Under the pieces are notes generated by a model. The model made no database searches, was not told the origin of the DNA, and was given only the letters and a program-made list of their open reading frames with translations. From contig JAFXPY010000004.1 of the NCBI GenBank assembly GCA_017527495.1, positions 7,102 through 71,101 on the forward strand: a stretch of 64,000 nt of DNA, read 5' to 3'. Shown one piece after another: positions 18,263 through 27,157 of the stretch. Origin of the DNA: Paludibacteraceae bacterium (lineage in GTDB: Bacteria > Bacteroidota > Bacteroidia > Bacteroidales > Paludibacteraceae). A program made the translations under genes and the position numbers. Position 1 is the first letter of the stretch. Each line of letters opens with the position of its first letter.

Positions 18263-19042
18263 TTAGTAGCGTACAATCTTATTGCCGTAGTTGCCTTGTT
18301 TGAAGCGATAGGTTAGTGTGAATTGTACGTCAGCAACACCATCGCCCCAGCGTTGTGTTGAGCCGACATATCTGCCATTCTCGTTGATGAAAGGATAGGC
18401 ATCCATATTCCAGCCCGGCTCGTCGATGAAGAGGAAGCGCATACTTGCTTCGAAACCGAATTGCCATGCCGGTGTGGCAAATATCTTATAGCCCAAACCT
18501 ACAGCAGCACGCGGTGAGAAACCTAATGTTGTTCCTTCATGTCCATAATAATTCTTGAAGTTGATCACTCCAACGCCGAAACCTACACCACCAAAAATAT
18601 AGAATCCATAGTCGGGCACGATATGTGCTGGGTAGTACTCAAGGAATACCTCAGGTGCTCCGTTGTAGGATTTATAGGTACGACTTCCCCATTTCGGATC
18701 TTTATAGCCTTCGCCGCGAAGGTAGTGGTTTTGGAGTTGAAAACGAACCGAGAGGTGTTTGTACACCGGCAATTCGTATGCAATGAACAAGTTGCCACAC
18801 AAACTATTGGTGGTTAGTTTTGTCGTCTGCATAAATGTCTTGCCTAAGTCTTTGGCTTGGTTTTCGCTATCGCCGAAATAGTAGCTTGGTCCGAAACCTA
18901 CCATCAGGTTTCCGGCTGTTGAACTACGATATGTTCCTCTATAGCGATGAAAAGGGGAACGAGCATCAACATTTTGTACACTTGCTAAAAATGCTAAAAT
19001 TAGCAATAAAATAAATGATTTGTTTTTCATTTTTGTTAGCAT
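18263..19042 (-). CDS. outer-membrane beta-barrel-like hypothetical protein
   Basis: 259 aa. Signal peptide (an alternative start MKNKS lies at 19030). Alternating aromatic/Gly-rich strands, ending ...FTLTYRF-like. Ends 2 bp upstream of the SPOR gene. Confidence 0.6.
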   Translation of the reverse strand: MLTKMKNKSFILLLILAFLASVQNVDARSPFHRYRGTYRSSTAGNLMVGFGPSYYFGDSENQAKDLGKTFMQTTKLTTNSLCGNLFIAYELPVYKHLSVRFQLQNHYLRGEGYKDPKWGSRTYKSYNGAPEVFLEYYPAHIVPDYGFYIFGGVGFGVGVINFKNYYGHEGTTLGFSPRAAVGLGYKIFATPAWQFGFEASMRFLFIDEPGWNMDAYPFINENGRYVGSTQRWGDGVADVQFTLTYRFKQGNYGNKIVRY

Positions 19043-19120
19043 TAATTCTTGTCGGTGCCTTGCGCATAGGTTGTCGACAAGTGAAAAATAACAGTTATTT
19101 TTTTTAGTTTTTTTCTTTGT

Positions 19121-20803
19121 TTAGTATCTGAACGAGCTACCTCCCACGAACTCACGGAGCACTGATGTCGGCGGTATTTCTTTTTCTGGAACAGGTATGA
19201 AGTATTTGAGCAGTTTCAGAAGTCGGTGGGCTTCGGTGTATTCGTCGCTGAATTTTGGCACTTCTGAAAGTATCGGCTCGGCATGTCGTTTGATTACAGC
19301 GAGTTCAAAGACCAATGCACTATTGAACATCACATCTGCGTTTTCTTGGAATGGGAATATCCATTTCTCTTCTCCTCGTCTGACGCTTGCCATGCGTGCT
19401 ATTGTTTCTTGTGCTGAATAGTTGCGGTAGCGGTAGTCGCGTATGATTCGGCGGAGCAGTCGGGTATCGGTTGTCGCTATCCAGTTGTGGTTGTCGAGGT
19501 TGATTGATGTCAGCGGGCTTACGTATATCTTGAATATCGCTTCGGGTGCAAGTCCTTCGCTCACTTTGGGGTTGAGTGCATGTATGCCTTCTATTATTAC
19601 AACATTGTCTTTCTCCAATTTCAGCGTGTTGCCAAGGTAAACTCTCTTGCCTATTTCAAAGTTAAATGTCGGTAGATTGACTTCTTTACCTTCGAGCAAG
19701 TCGTTGAGGTTTTGATGAAACAGGTTGAGGTCGAGCGCGTCAATATGTTCAAAGTCCCAATCGCCGTTTTCGTCCTTTGGTGTGTCCACACGATTGACAA
19801 AATAGTTGTCCATCGAGAGAACGGCAGGCGTCACTCCATTGACCATCAGCTGTATGCTCAAGCGTTTCGAGAATGTTGTCTTTCCTGACGATGACGGGCC
19901 CGACACTAAAATAAACTTTGGCATTCCGCTCTCACGATTGGTTATCATGTCTGCTATTTGAATCATCTTTTTTTCGTGCAGAGCTTCTGAAAGTTTAATC
20001 ATGTTGAAGGCTCTATTGTCTTTGCACATAAGGTTGAATTCTCCAACATTGTTTATGTGCATCAGTTTGTTCCAGCCTTTATTCTCGTTCAGTATTTCAA
20101 ACATCTTGTTTTGCACGAGAGGTTCTTCGTGCAATTCGGGATTGCTTCTGTTTGGTCCCATGAGCAACATACCATCGTGGTAGGGTTGCAAGTCGAACAC
20201 ATCGGCGTATCCCGAACTCGGCATCAGCACTCCGCTATAATAGTCGATATAGTCTTCTCCGTTTGGATTGACCATCCTGAAATAGCGGCAGTAACGTGTG
20301 CCCCACGCGTCAAATAGTGTGCTTTCGCCGTCGCGTCTGTCTTTGAAGAGCTCTTTGACCAATTTAGTTTGTTTTTCCTCACTGATGATTGGTCTGTCTT
20401 CCTTCACTATTTGTTCCATGCGCGCCTTGATTTTTGCTATCAACTCAGGTGTCAAAGGCTCCTCTAAATTGAGTATGTGGCAATAGTAACCGCGCGAAAT
20501 GGGGTGCTCAATTCGTAAATCGCAATTAGGCAACAATTCGTTAATTGCAGCCGCCAAAACCATATTGAGAGTTCTAATGTAAACACGCATTCCTGACGGA
20601 CAGCTCGCATCTATAAACTCAATATCTTTTGGCTTGTAAAGATAGAAATCCAATCCTTCAACTTTGTAGTTTACTCGTGCTGCAACAACTTTGTATGGAA
20701 GTTGAATGCCTTGCGATTTGTAGATTTCAAGCAGATTGCTTCCGCGCTCTACATCAATGTATGAGCGATTGTTCTTGCAGTAAATAGTTACTTTTGATGA
20801 CAT
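19121..20803 (-). CDS. uridine-kinase-family nucleoside kinase with N-terminal TGS-like domain
   Basis: 560 aa. P-loop LVSGPSSSGKTTFSKRL. Uridine kinase-like core. -7 box at 20908-20915. Confidence 0.75.
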   Translation of the reverse strand: MSSKVTIYCKNNRSYIDVERGSNLLEIYKSQGIQLPYKVVAARVNYKVEGLDFYLYKPKDIEFIDASCPSGMRVYIRTLNMVLAAAINELLPNCDLRIEHPISRGYYCHILNLEEPLTPELIAKIKARMEQIVKEDRPIISEEKQTKLVKELFKDRRDGESTLFDAWGTRYCRYFRMVNPNGEDYIDYYSGVLMPSSGYADVFDLQPYHDGMLLMGPNRSNPELHEEPLVQNKMFEILNENKGWNKLMHINNVGEFNLMCKDNRAFNMIKLSEALHEKKMIQIADMITNRESGMPKFILVSGPSSSGKTTFSKRLSIQLMVNGVTPAVLSMDNYFVNRVDTPKDENGDWDFEHIDALDLNLFHQNLNDLLEGKEVNLPTFNFEIGKRVYLGNTLKLEKDNVVIIEGIHALNPKVSEGLAPEAIFKIYVSPLTSINLDNHNWIATTDTRLLRRIIRDYRYRNYSAQETIARMASVRRGEEKWIFPFQENADVMFNSALVFELAVIKRHAEPILSEVPKFSDEYTEAHRLLKLLKYFIPVPEKEIPPTSVLREFVGGSSFRY

Positions 20804-20907
20804 ATATTTCTATCTTTTGTTGTGTTTACTCTCTGATTTTGTTTGCTTTATAAGGCTTACTTCGCTCGTTTGTCTATATGTTTCGGAAAAATATAATAAA
20901 GCAGTTG

Positions 20908-20915
20908 CAAAGTTA
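20908..20915 (-). promoter_or_regulatory. candidate -7 box for the nucleoside kinase gene
   Basis: CAAAGTTA on the + strand equals TAACTTTG on the minus strand. Confidence 0.5.
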
Positions 20916-21029
20916 ATAACTTTTTTCGACCTAAAAAAATAAAAAGACAAAAAAAAGTTAATTTCTCAAAGAAAAGACAATTTAGTAGCCTTTTTTTTCT
21001 CTTGTATTTGAAAAAATGAAAATAATTTG

Positions 21030-21037
21030 TAATTTTG
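21030..21037 (+). promoter_or_regulatory. candidate -7 box for 21063..21794 and rnr
   Basis: TAATTTTG, 26 nt before the ATG. Confidence 0.5.
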
Positions 21038-21062
21038 CAACTACTTGTTAAGTTAATTTTTT

Positions 21063-21794
21063 ATGCTTTTTTTTGAAAAATCGTTATCTCGAATTGTTTT
21101 GTTTTTTTGCGGTTTGCTTTTTTGTGTTGTTTCTGTTGCGCAAAACAAAATTGTCAAATTGAAAAGTGGAATTTCCGTCAGTGGTCAGATTCAAGTTCAA
21201 AACGATGATATTATTGTTATCCGCACTGCGCAAGGCAGGGTGTTTCAGTATCCTCGCAGTGAGGTCTTAGAAGTTCAAGAAGAGTCTGTTGTTGAACAAA
21301 AGGACTCCATCCGTTCGAAGCGTGTCGGATTGAGAATACAGGTTAATTCCGGATTGGCGTTGCCTCCTTCATCTGCCACTTATGGCATTGGTGCCGGTTT
21401 GCAGGTCGGTGCTGTCGATTTATTCAATCGACATATCTATCTTGGTGGTGGATTGGGCATCGATATGGTCAGCTTTGATGGTAATAAGTTTTTCCTTCCT
21501 CTGACTGTCACTCTTTCTGTTCCTTTGATGCAGACCGAGCATGCACCTTTTGTTCAGTTGGATGGTGGTTATGCTTTTGCTGTGAGAAACTCGCTCAGAG
21601 GTGGTGCGCATTTTGCTTTCCATTTAGGCTATCAGTACAGATTTGAAAATCAAAAAAGTATTCTTCTCTCTCTTTTTGCCAAAATACAGCAAGCCACATG
21701 GCAATATACCGAAACTATTGAAAACAACAACTATACTTACCCCATGCGCTGTGTTATTCCCCAAGCAGGGTTGATGCTGGCTGTGGTATTATAA
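21063..21794 (+). CDS. hypothetical membrane/outer-membrane protein
   Basis: 243 aa. N-terminal hydrophobic signal. Gly/aromatic-rich C-terminal half. -7 box at 21030-21037. Confidence 0.55.
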   Translation: MLFFEKSLSRIVLFFCGLLFCVVSVAQNKIVKLKSGISVSGQIQVQNDDIIVIRTAQGRVFQYPRSEVLEVQEESVVEQKDSIRSKRVGLRIQVNSGLALPPSSATYGIGAGLQVGAVDLFNRHIYLGGGLGIDMVSFDGNKFFLPLTVTLSVPLMQTEHAPFVQLDGGYAFAVRNSLRGGAHFAFHLGYQYRFENQKSILLSLFAKIQQATWQYTETIENNNYTYPMRCVIPQAGLMLAVVL

Positions 21795-21803
21795 AAAAAA
21801 CGA

Positions 21804-23942
21804 ATGTATATTATGAAATCGCTTTCTCAACTTATTCTCAGTATTCAGCGAGTATTCAATCAAAATCCGAATAAACCGCTCAATTATCGTCAGGTGTCGT
21901 CTGCCGTTGGAGCCAAGACATCAGACGAACGCTATGCTGTTCAGCATGCTTTGCAGCAACTTGCCGATCAGGATGTCCTCTCTGTTCAGCAAGCCGGAAG
22001 GTATAAACTCAATCAGCGTTCAGGTTTGGTTGAGGGAGTTATAGAACGACGTGGGGTGAAGACATATCTCGTTCCTTCCGACAAAGGCGAAGAAGTGTTT
22101 ATCCCTGAGCGCAAGACCAATCATGCTATGGATGGTGATTATGTGAGTGTCTATCTCTATGCTCGCAAAAAGCGTCAGATGCTCGAAGGTGAAGTGGTTG
22201 AGGTGATTAAACGCAAACGCGACACTTTTGTCGGCGTGATAGAGAAAAATCGTGATGCGGCTTTTTGCATTGTTGACAACAAAATAATGACTTCCGACAT
22301 ATTTATTCCACGCTCGAAACTCAACGATGCCCAAGATGGAGAAAAGGTCGTTGTCCGTTTGCTTGAATGGAAACCTAATATGCGCAATCCTGAAGGCGAG
22401 GTTCTCGAAGTGTTGGGCAAAGAAGGTTCCAATGAGGCTGAGATGCATGCCATCCTTGCGGAGTATGACTTGCCTTATTCCTATCCGAAAGAGATAGAGG
22501 CAGAGGCAGAAAAAATAGATGCCGGAATAACGCCTAAGGAAGTGGCACGACGCCGCGATATGCGAAAAGCAACCACTTTCACTATCGACCCCGCTGATGC
22601 CAAAGACTTTGACGATGCATTGTCGTTTGAAGTGCTTGAAAACGGTAATTATCAAGTTGGTGTTCATATCGCCGATGTAACGCATTATGTGCTCCCAAAT
22701 ACACCATTGAATGAAGAGGCATATAAGCGCGGCACTTCAATCTATTTGGTTGACCGCACTGTGCCTATGTTGCCCGAACACTTGTCTAACGGTATTTGTT
22801 CGCTGCGCCCCGACGAGGATAAACTGACTTTCAGCGTCGTCTTTGAGATAGACAAAGATGCCAAAGTGCTCAACTATGAGATTTGCAAAACCGTAACGCG
22901 TTCCGACCGGCGTCTCGCTTACGAACAAGCACAAGAAATAATCGATCAACAAAAAAATGAAACGCCTGTTGAGCAAGCAATATTGAAACTGAATGAGTTG
23001 GCAAAACTATTGCAACAAAAGCGTTTTGAAGCGGGGGCAATATCTTTCGATCGTGAGGAGGTGCGCTTCAATCTCGACGAACAAGGTAAGCCTGTCTCAA
23101 TCTATTTCCGAACAGCGCAAGAGTCGAACAACCTTATTGAGGAATTTATGCTTCTTGCCAATCGCACTGTGGCAAAACATGTCGGTTCGGCAGGCAAGAG
23201 AGCAAAGACTTTTGTCTATCGTGTGCATGATGTGCCTGATGTCGATAAAATGAAAAACTTGTCGCAGTTTGTAAAGCGCTTTGGCTATCACCTGCGCACA
23301 ACAGGCAAAGAAGCACCGCAGTCGCTCAATAGCTTGTTGAGTTCGGTAAAGGGGCGCGTGGAGCAAAATCTGATAGAAACACTTGCTGTACGATCGATGG
23401 CTAAGGCTGTCTATTCAACCGACAATATCGGGCATTATGGTCTTGCTTTCCAATATTACACTCATTTCACTTCTCCTATTCGTCGCTATCCTGACATGAT
23501 GGTGCATAGGTTGTTGGAAATGTATCTGCCTGTATATCAAAATCACAACGAAAAAAGCAAAGACTCTGTCGATGCTGATATATATGAAAACTATTGCGAG
23601 CATTGCTCTAATCGCGAGCAGCTTGCAGCCACTGCCGAGCGTGCCTCTGTGAAATACAAACAAGTCGAATATATGTCTGAGCGACTTGGTGAAGTCTATG
23701 AAGGAACGATATCAGGAGTTACAGAGTGGGGTTTGTATGTTGAGATAACTGAAAATCATTGTGAAGGAATGATTCCAATGAGAGAACTCAACCAAGACGA
23801 TTATTTTATTCTTGACGAACATGAGTACTGCCTGATTGGTTATCGGACAAAAAAACGCTATACACTCGGCGACAAAGTGAAGATAAAAGTTGAGCGTACC
23901 GACTTGCGTAAGAAACAATTAGATTTCTCTCTCGTCAGATAA
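21804..23942 (+). CDS. rnr: ribonuclease R
   Basis: 712 aa. RNB catalytic region (DPADAKDFDDALS...), cold-shock-like N-terminal domains, and a C-terminal S1 domain. Confidence 0.93.
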   Translation: MYIMKSLSQLILSIQRVFNQNPNKPLNYRQVSSAVGAKTSDERYAVQHALQQLADQDVLSVQQAGRYKLNQRSGLVEGVIERRGVKTYLVPSDKGEEVFIPERKTNHAMDGDYVSVYLYARKKRQMLEGEVVEVIKRKRDTFVGVIEKNRDAAFCIVDNKIMTSDIFIPRSKLNDAQDGEKVVVRLLEWKPNMRNPEGEVLEVLGKEGSNEAEMHAILAEYDLPYSYPKEIEAEAEKIDAGITPKEVARRRDMRKATTFTIDPADAKDFDDALSFEVLENGNYQVGVHIADVTHYVLPNTPLNEEAYKRGTSIYLVDRTVPMLPEHLSNGICSLRPDEDKLTFSVVFEIDKDAKVLNYEICKTVTRSDRRLAYEQAQEIIDQQKNETPVEQAILKLNELAKLLQQKRFEAGAISFDREEVRFNLDEQGKPVSIYFRTAQESNNLIEEFMLLANRTVAKHVGSAGKRAKTFVYRVHDVPDVDKMKNLSQFVKRFGYHLRTTGKEAPQSLNSLLSSVKGRVEQNLIETLAVRSMAKAVYSTDNIGHYGLAFQYYTHFTSPIRRYPDMMVHRLLEMYLPVYQNHNEKSKDSVDADIYENYCEHCSNREQLAATAERASVKYKQVEYMSERLGEVYEGTISGVTEWGLYVEITENHCEGMIPMRELNQDDYFILDEHEYCLIGYRTKKRYTLGDKVKIKVERTDLRKKQLDFSLVR

Positions 23943-23958
23943 AGACAGCCTTTCCCCC

Positions 23959-24070
23959 AAAAAAAGATTGGAATCAGCCGCGAAAAAAAAGAATGAAATC
24001 AACCGTGGTAAAAAAGAATGGAATCAGCCGCGGAAAAAAAAGAATGGAATCAGCCAATATTGGCTGATTC
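23959..24070. repeat. ~25-bp tandem repeat x4 (A-run + GAATGGAATCAGCCGCGG); only the last unit is completed into a 24-nt perfect palindrome
   Basis: Units at 23959-23982, 23983-24009, 24010-24033 and 24034-24070. The palindrome GAATCAGCCAAT|ATTGGCTGATTC lies at 24047-24070. Confidence 0.9.
24034..24070 (-). terminator. intrinsic terminator of murI (24-nt palindrome + T-run on minus strand)
   Basis: Minus strand: GAATCAGCCAATATTGGCTGATTC CATTC TTTTTTTT. It starts right after the murI stop. Confidence 0.75.
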
Positions 24071-24919
24071 TCATTGTATTATGTGAGCTTGTCTGGCGTT
24101 TATCTGCTCGTTCAAAAACAGATGTGCATTGGCATTGAATTTCTCGGTGTTCTCAGTCGTGTAGTAGAGGCATTGGCTTTTTGCGTCTTCGCTGATTTTT
24201 GCATCTAACACTTGTTGAGCAAGCTCTTTGTGGCGGTGCAGATAGTCGTCGAGCGAATGAGCCACGATATTTCCTTGTGCCACGATGTTCATGTCGTGTT
24301 GCCAAATCTGTCTTGCAAAGAATTCAATCTTGTCTTTAATCAGTGGGTAGTGTGTGCAACCTAAAATGATGGTGTCTATTTGCGGGTCCTGACAATAAAG
24401 CTCATGCAGGTATTTTTCAATAAAGAAGTCGGCTCCTTGTGTGTTGTGCTCGCTGTTTTCAATCAGAGGAACCCAGAGCGGACATGCTTGTTGTGCCACG
24501 ACTATATCAGAAAAGAGCTTGCTGATTTCGGCGATGTATGACTGGCTCTGTACAGTTCCTTCTGTTGCCACAATGCCGATGTGCCGTGTCTGAGTGAGAC
24601 TGTCGATTATCTCCACCGTAGGACGAATCACTCCAAGTACGCGGCGGTCAGGGTCAATAAGCGGAAGGTCGTGCTGCTGAATGGTTCGTAATGCCTTTGC
24701 AGAAGCTGTGTTGCAAGCCAAAATAACCAGATGACAACCTTTGTCGAAAAGAAATTTGACACATTGCAGAGTGTAGTCATAGACAACATCAAACGAACGA
24801 CTGCCATACGGAGCACGGGCATTATCGCCAAGATAGATATAATCGTATTGCGGAAGTTGAGCTCTAATGCTTTGTAGAATAGTCAGTCCCCCATAGCCTG
24901 AATCGAAAACGCCAATCAT
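24071..24919 (-). CDS. murI: glutamate racemase
   Basis: 282 aa. MIGVFDSGYGGLTIL, ACNTAS and GCTHYP motifs. Confidence 0.93.
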   Translation of the reverse strand: MIGVFDSGYGGLTILQSIRAQLPQYDYIYLGDNARAPYGSRSFDVVYDYTLQCVKFLFDKGCHLVILACNTASAKALRTIQQHDLPLIDPDRRVLGVIRPTVEIIDSLTQTRHIGIVATEGTVQSQSYIAEISKLFSDIVVAQQACPLWVPLIENSEHNTQGADFFIEKYLHELYCQDPQIDTIILGCTHYPLIKDKIEFFARQIWQHDMNIVAQGNIVAHSLDDYLHRHKELAQQVLDAKISEDAKSQCLYYTTENTEKFNANAHLFLNEQINARQAHIIQ

Positions 24920-25021
24920 ATAACAAAATGTATTGAATAAAAAACTATCGCAAAGTTAAAATAAAATTATTATATGTGAAAATTTTTAAGAAAATTATTT
25001 GCAAAATTACGAGAAAGTGTG

Positions 25022-25029
25022 TAACTTTG
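25022..25029 (+). promoter_or_regulatory. candidate -7 box for dnaN
   Basis: TAACTTTG, 78 nt before ATG 25107. Confidence 0.5.
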
Positions 25030-25106
25030 CAAACTAATTAGGTAGTAGCGATTGTTTTATACCAACTGATTAGCAGTGTTAATTGAATAAAAAAAACTAC
25101 AAAGAT

Positions 25107-26231
25107 ATGAAATTTAGTGTATCAAGTACTAAATTGTTAGTACAACTTCAAACCATCAGCCGTGTTTTGGCATCAAAAAACACTCTTGCCATCTTGAGTG
25201 ATTTCTATTTTGAATTGAATGACAATCAGCTGACAATCAAAGCATCAGACTCTGAAACGACAATGTTCACAAGTATTGAAGTCTTCGATGTTGAAGGACA
25301 AGGTAAATTCTGCGTTGGAGCCAGACTGCTCACCGACACTCTCAAGGAATTTGCAGAACAACCATTGCTGTTCACAATCGACGACGAGAACCTTAGTGTT
25401 ATAATCAATTCAGAATATGGAGAATATAAATTTATAGGTGAGAATGCCAATGAATATCCGATTCTCAATCCACTTGAAGAAGACAGCCATACATTCGAAA
25501 TTATGTCGGAAGCACTTCTGCATGGTATCAACAAAACATTTTTCTGCACGGCAGATGACGACATCCGTCCGGTAATGAATGGTATAGATTTCGACTTGAA
25601 AGAAGATTCAATCACCTTTGTTGCAACTGATGCTCATAAATTGGTGCGTTTGGTCAATACCTCAGTGAAATCTGAAGTGCCATGCTCGTTTATCTTGCCC
25701 AAAAAACCTGCCAATCTTTTGCGCAATATCTTGCCAAAAGAAGATGAGCAGGTGCAAGTTACATTCGACAGCAAGAACATCATTTTCAAGAGCACCAATT
25801 ACACACTTATATGCCGTCGCGTTGAGGGTCGTTATCCAAACTATAACGCAGTCATACCTCAAAACAACAGCCATATAATTTTTGCAGATCGTCTTTCTTT
25901 GCTCAATGCCTTGAAACGCGTACACGTGTTCTCAAATCAAGGAAGCAACCTGATCAAACTTGAGATACGCGAAAACATGATTATCGCATCGTCAAAAGAC
26001 ATCAACTTCTCAACATCAGCCGAAGAGCGTATCCCGTGCCAATACGACGGCGAGCCTCTCATCATAGGTTTCAAGTCATTGTTCTTGATTGACATCTTGG
26101 CAAATATAGAATCAAATGACGTGAAACTTGAGATTGAAGATCCTTCAAGAGCCGGACTTATCCTCCCTGCTGAGAATAATGATTCAGAAGACCTTTTGAT
26201 GTTACTCATGCCAATGTTGATTAATGAATAA
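25107..26231 (+). CDS. dnaN: DNA polymerase III beta sliding clamp
   Basis: ORF 25083..26231 starts on TTG; trimmed to ATG 25107 (MKFSVSSTKLL). Typical DnaN N-terminus, length (374 aa) and C-terminus ...LLMPM. Confidence 0.92.
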   Translation: MKFSVSSTKLLVQLQTISRVLASKNTLAILSDFYFELNDNQLTIKASDSETTMFTSIEVFDVEGQGKFCVGARLLTDTLKEFAEQPLLFTIDDENLSVIINSEYGEYKFIGENANEYPILNPLEEDSHTFEIMSEALLHGINKTFFCTADDDIRPVMNGIDFDLKEDSITFVATDAHKLVRLVNTSVKSEVPCSFILPKKPANLLRNILPKEDEQVQVTFDSKNIIFKSTNYTLICRRVEGRYPNYNAVIPQNNSHIIFADRLSLLNALKRVHVFSNQGSNLIKLEIRENMIIASSKDINFSTSAEERIPCQYDGEPLIIGFKSLFLIDILANIESNDVKLEIEDPSRAGLILPAENNDSEDLLMLLMPMLINE

Positions 26232-26257
26232 AACTGCCAACAACGGTTAACTCCATA

Positions 26258-26306
26258 GTTAGACTGCCGAAGCGTAAGACAACGCTTTGGGTGGTCTAAC
26301 TTTTTT
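26258..26306 (+). terminator. intrinsic terminator after dnaN
   Basis: Outer stem GTTAGAC/GTCTAAC encloses an inner stem AAGCGT/ACGCTT, followed by TTTTTT. Confidence 0.65.
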
Positions 26307-26319
26307 ATTTGTCAATATC

Positions 26320-27153
26320 ATGAACCTACAACTCACCCGACCAATAATTTTTTTCGACCTTGAAACAACAGGACTCAATATCATTACCGACCACATTGTT
26401 GAGTTTGCCTATATCAAAGTCTATCCTGATGGTAAGGAAGAATCAAATGTGATCAGGATAAACCCCGAAATGCCTATCCCTCCGCAATCAACCGCAGTGC
26501 ATCATATTACAGATGCTGATGTTGCCTCATGCCCGGTATTCAAACAAGTAGCTCCGCAGATTATTGAGATTTTCGAGAATTGCGATGTGGCGGGCTATAA
26601 CAGCAACCATTTTGACGTCCCTATGCTTGTTGAACAACTTAGTCAAGCCGGTTTCGATTTCGAGCCTCACAAAAGAAAATATATTGATGTGCAAACCATT
26701 TTCCACAAACTCGAGCAGCGCAATCTCTCTGCTGCATATCGCTTCTATTGCAATCGAGAACTAACCGATGCGCACTCTGCCAATGCCGATACACAAGCAA
26801 CATACGAAGTACTCAAAGCGCAACTCGAACGCTATCCGCAACTGCAAAATAATGTCGATTACTTATCTGATTTTTCATCGCAAAACAATAAAGTCGATCT
26901 TGCAGGGAAAATAATACGCGACGAGCAAGGACAAGAGAGATTCGCTTTTGGCAAACATAAAGACAAACTCGTTGAAGAAGTGTTTGAGCAAGAACCATCC
27001 TACTATGCTTGGATGATGAACGGACAATTTGCCGCCGACACAAAAAATGTCATTACGGAAATTTACAATCGCGTCAGAGAAAAACGCAGACAGCCTAAAC
27101 CGCCAACACAGGCTTCGCTGAACTCATTGTTTGATAAATTTAATAACAGATAA
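26320..27153 (+). CDS. DnaQ-like 3'-5' exonuclease domain protein
   Basis: ORF trimmed to ATG 26320 (MNLQLTRPIIFFDLETTG, the ExoI motif). Later NSNHFDVPML (ExoII) and HSANADT (ExoIII). Confidence 0.82.
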   Translation: MNLQLTRPIIFFDLETTGLNIITDHIVEFAYIKVYPDGKEESNVIRINPEMPIPPQSTAVHHITDADVASCPVFKQVAPQIIEIFENCDVAGYNSNHFDVPMLVEQLSQAGFDFEPHKRKYIDVQTIFHKLEQRNLSAAYRFYCNRELTDAHSANADTQATYEVLKAQLERYPQLQNNVDYLSDFSSQNNKVDLAGKIIRDEQGQERFAFGKHKDKLVEEVFEQEPSYYAWMMNGQFAADTKNVITEIYNRVREKRRQPKPPTQASLNSLFDKFNNR

Positions 27154-27157
27154 TAAA

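Noticed and set aside
19043-19120. Hairpin CTTGTCG...CGACAAG between the nucleoside kinase and the beta-barrel gene, as a terminator
   Set aside because: The loop is long (about 19 nt) and no T-run follows on the sense strand. It is not convincing as an intrinsic terminator.
24920-25106. Possible replication origin because dnaN is here
   Set aside because: No dnaA gene is adjacent. I found no TTATCCACA-type DnaA boxes or AT-rich 13-mer cluster in the dnaN upstream region.
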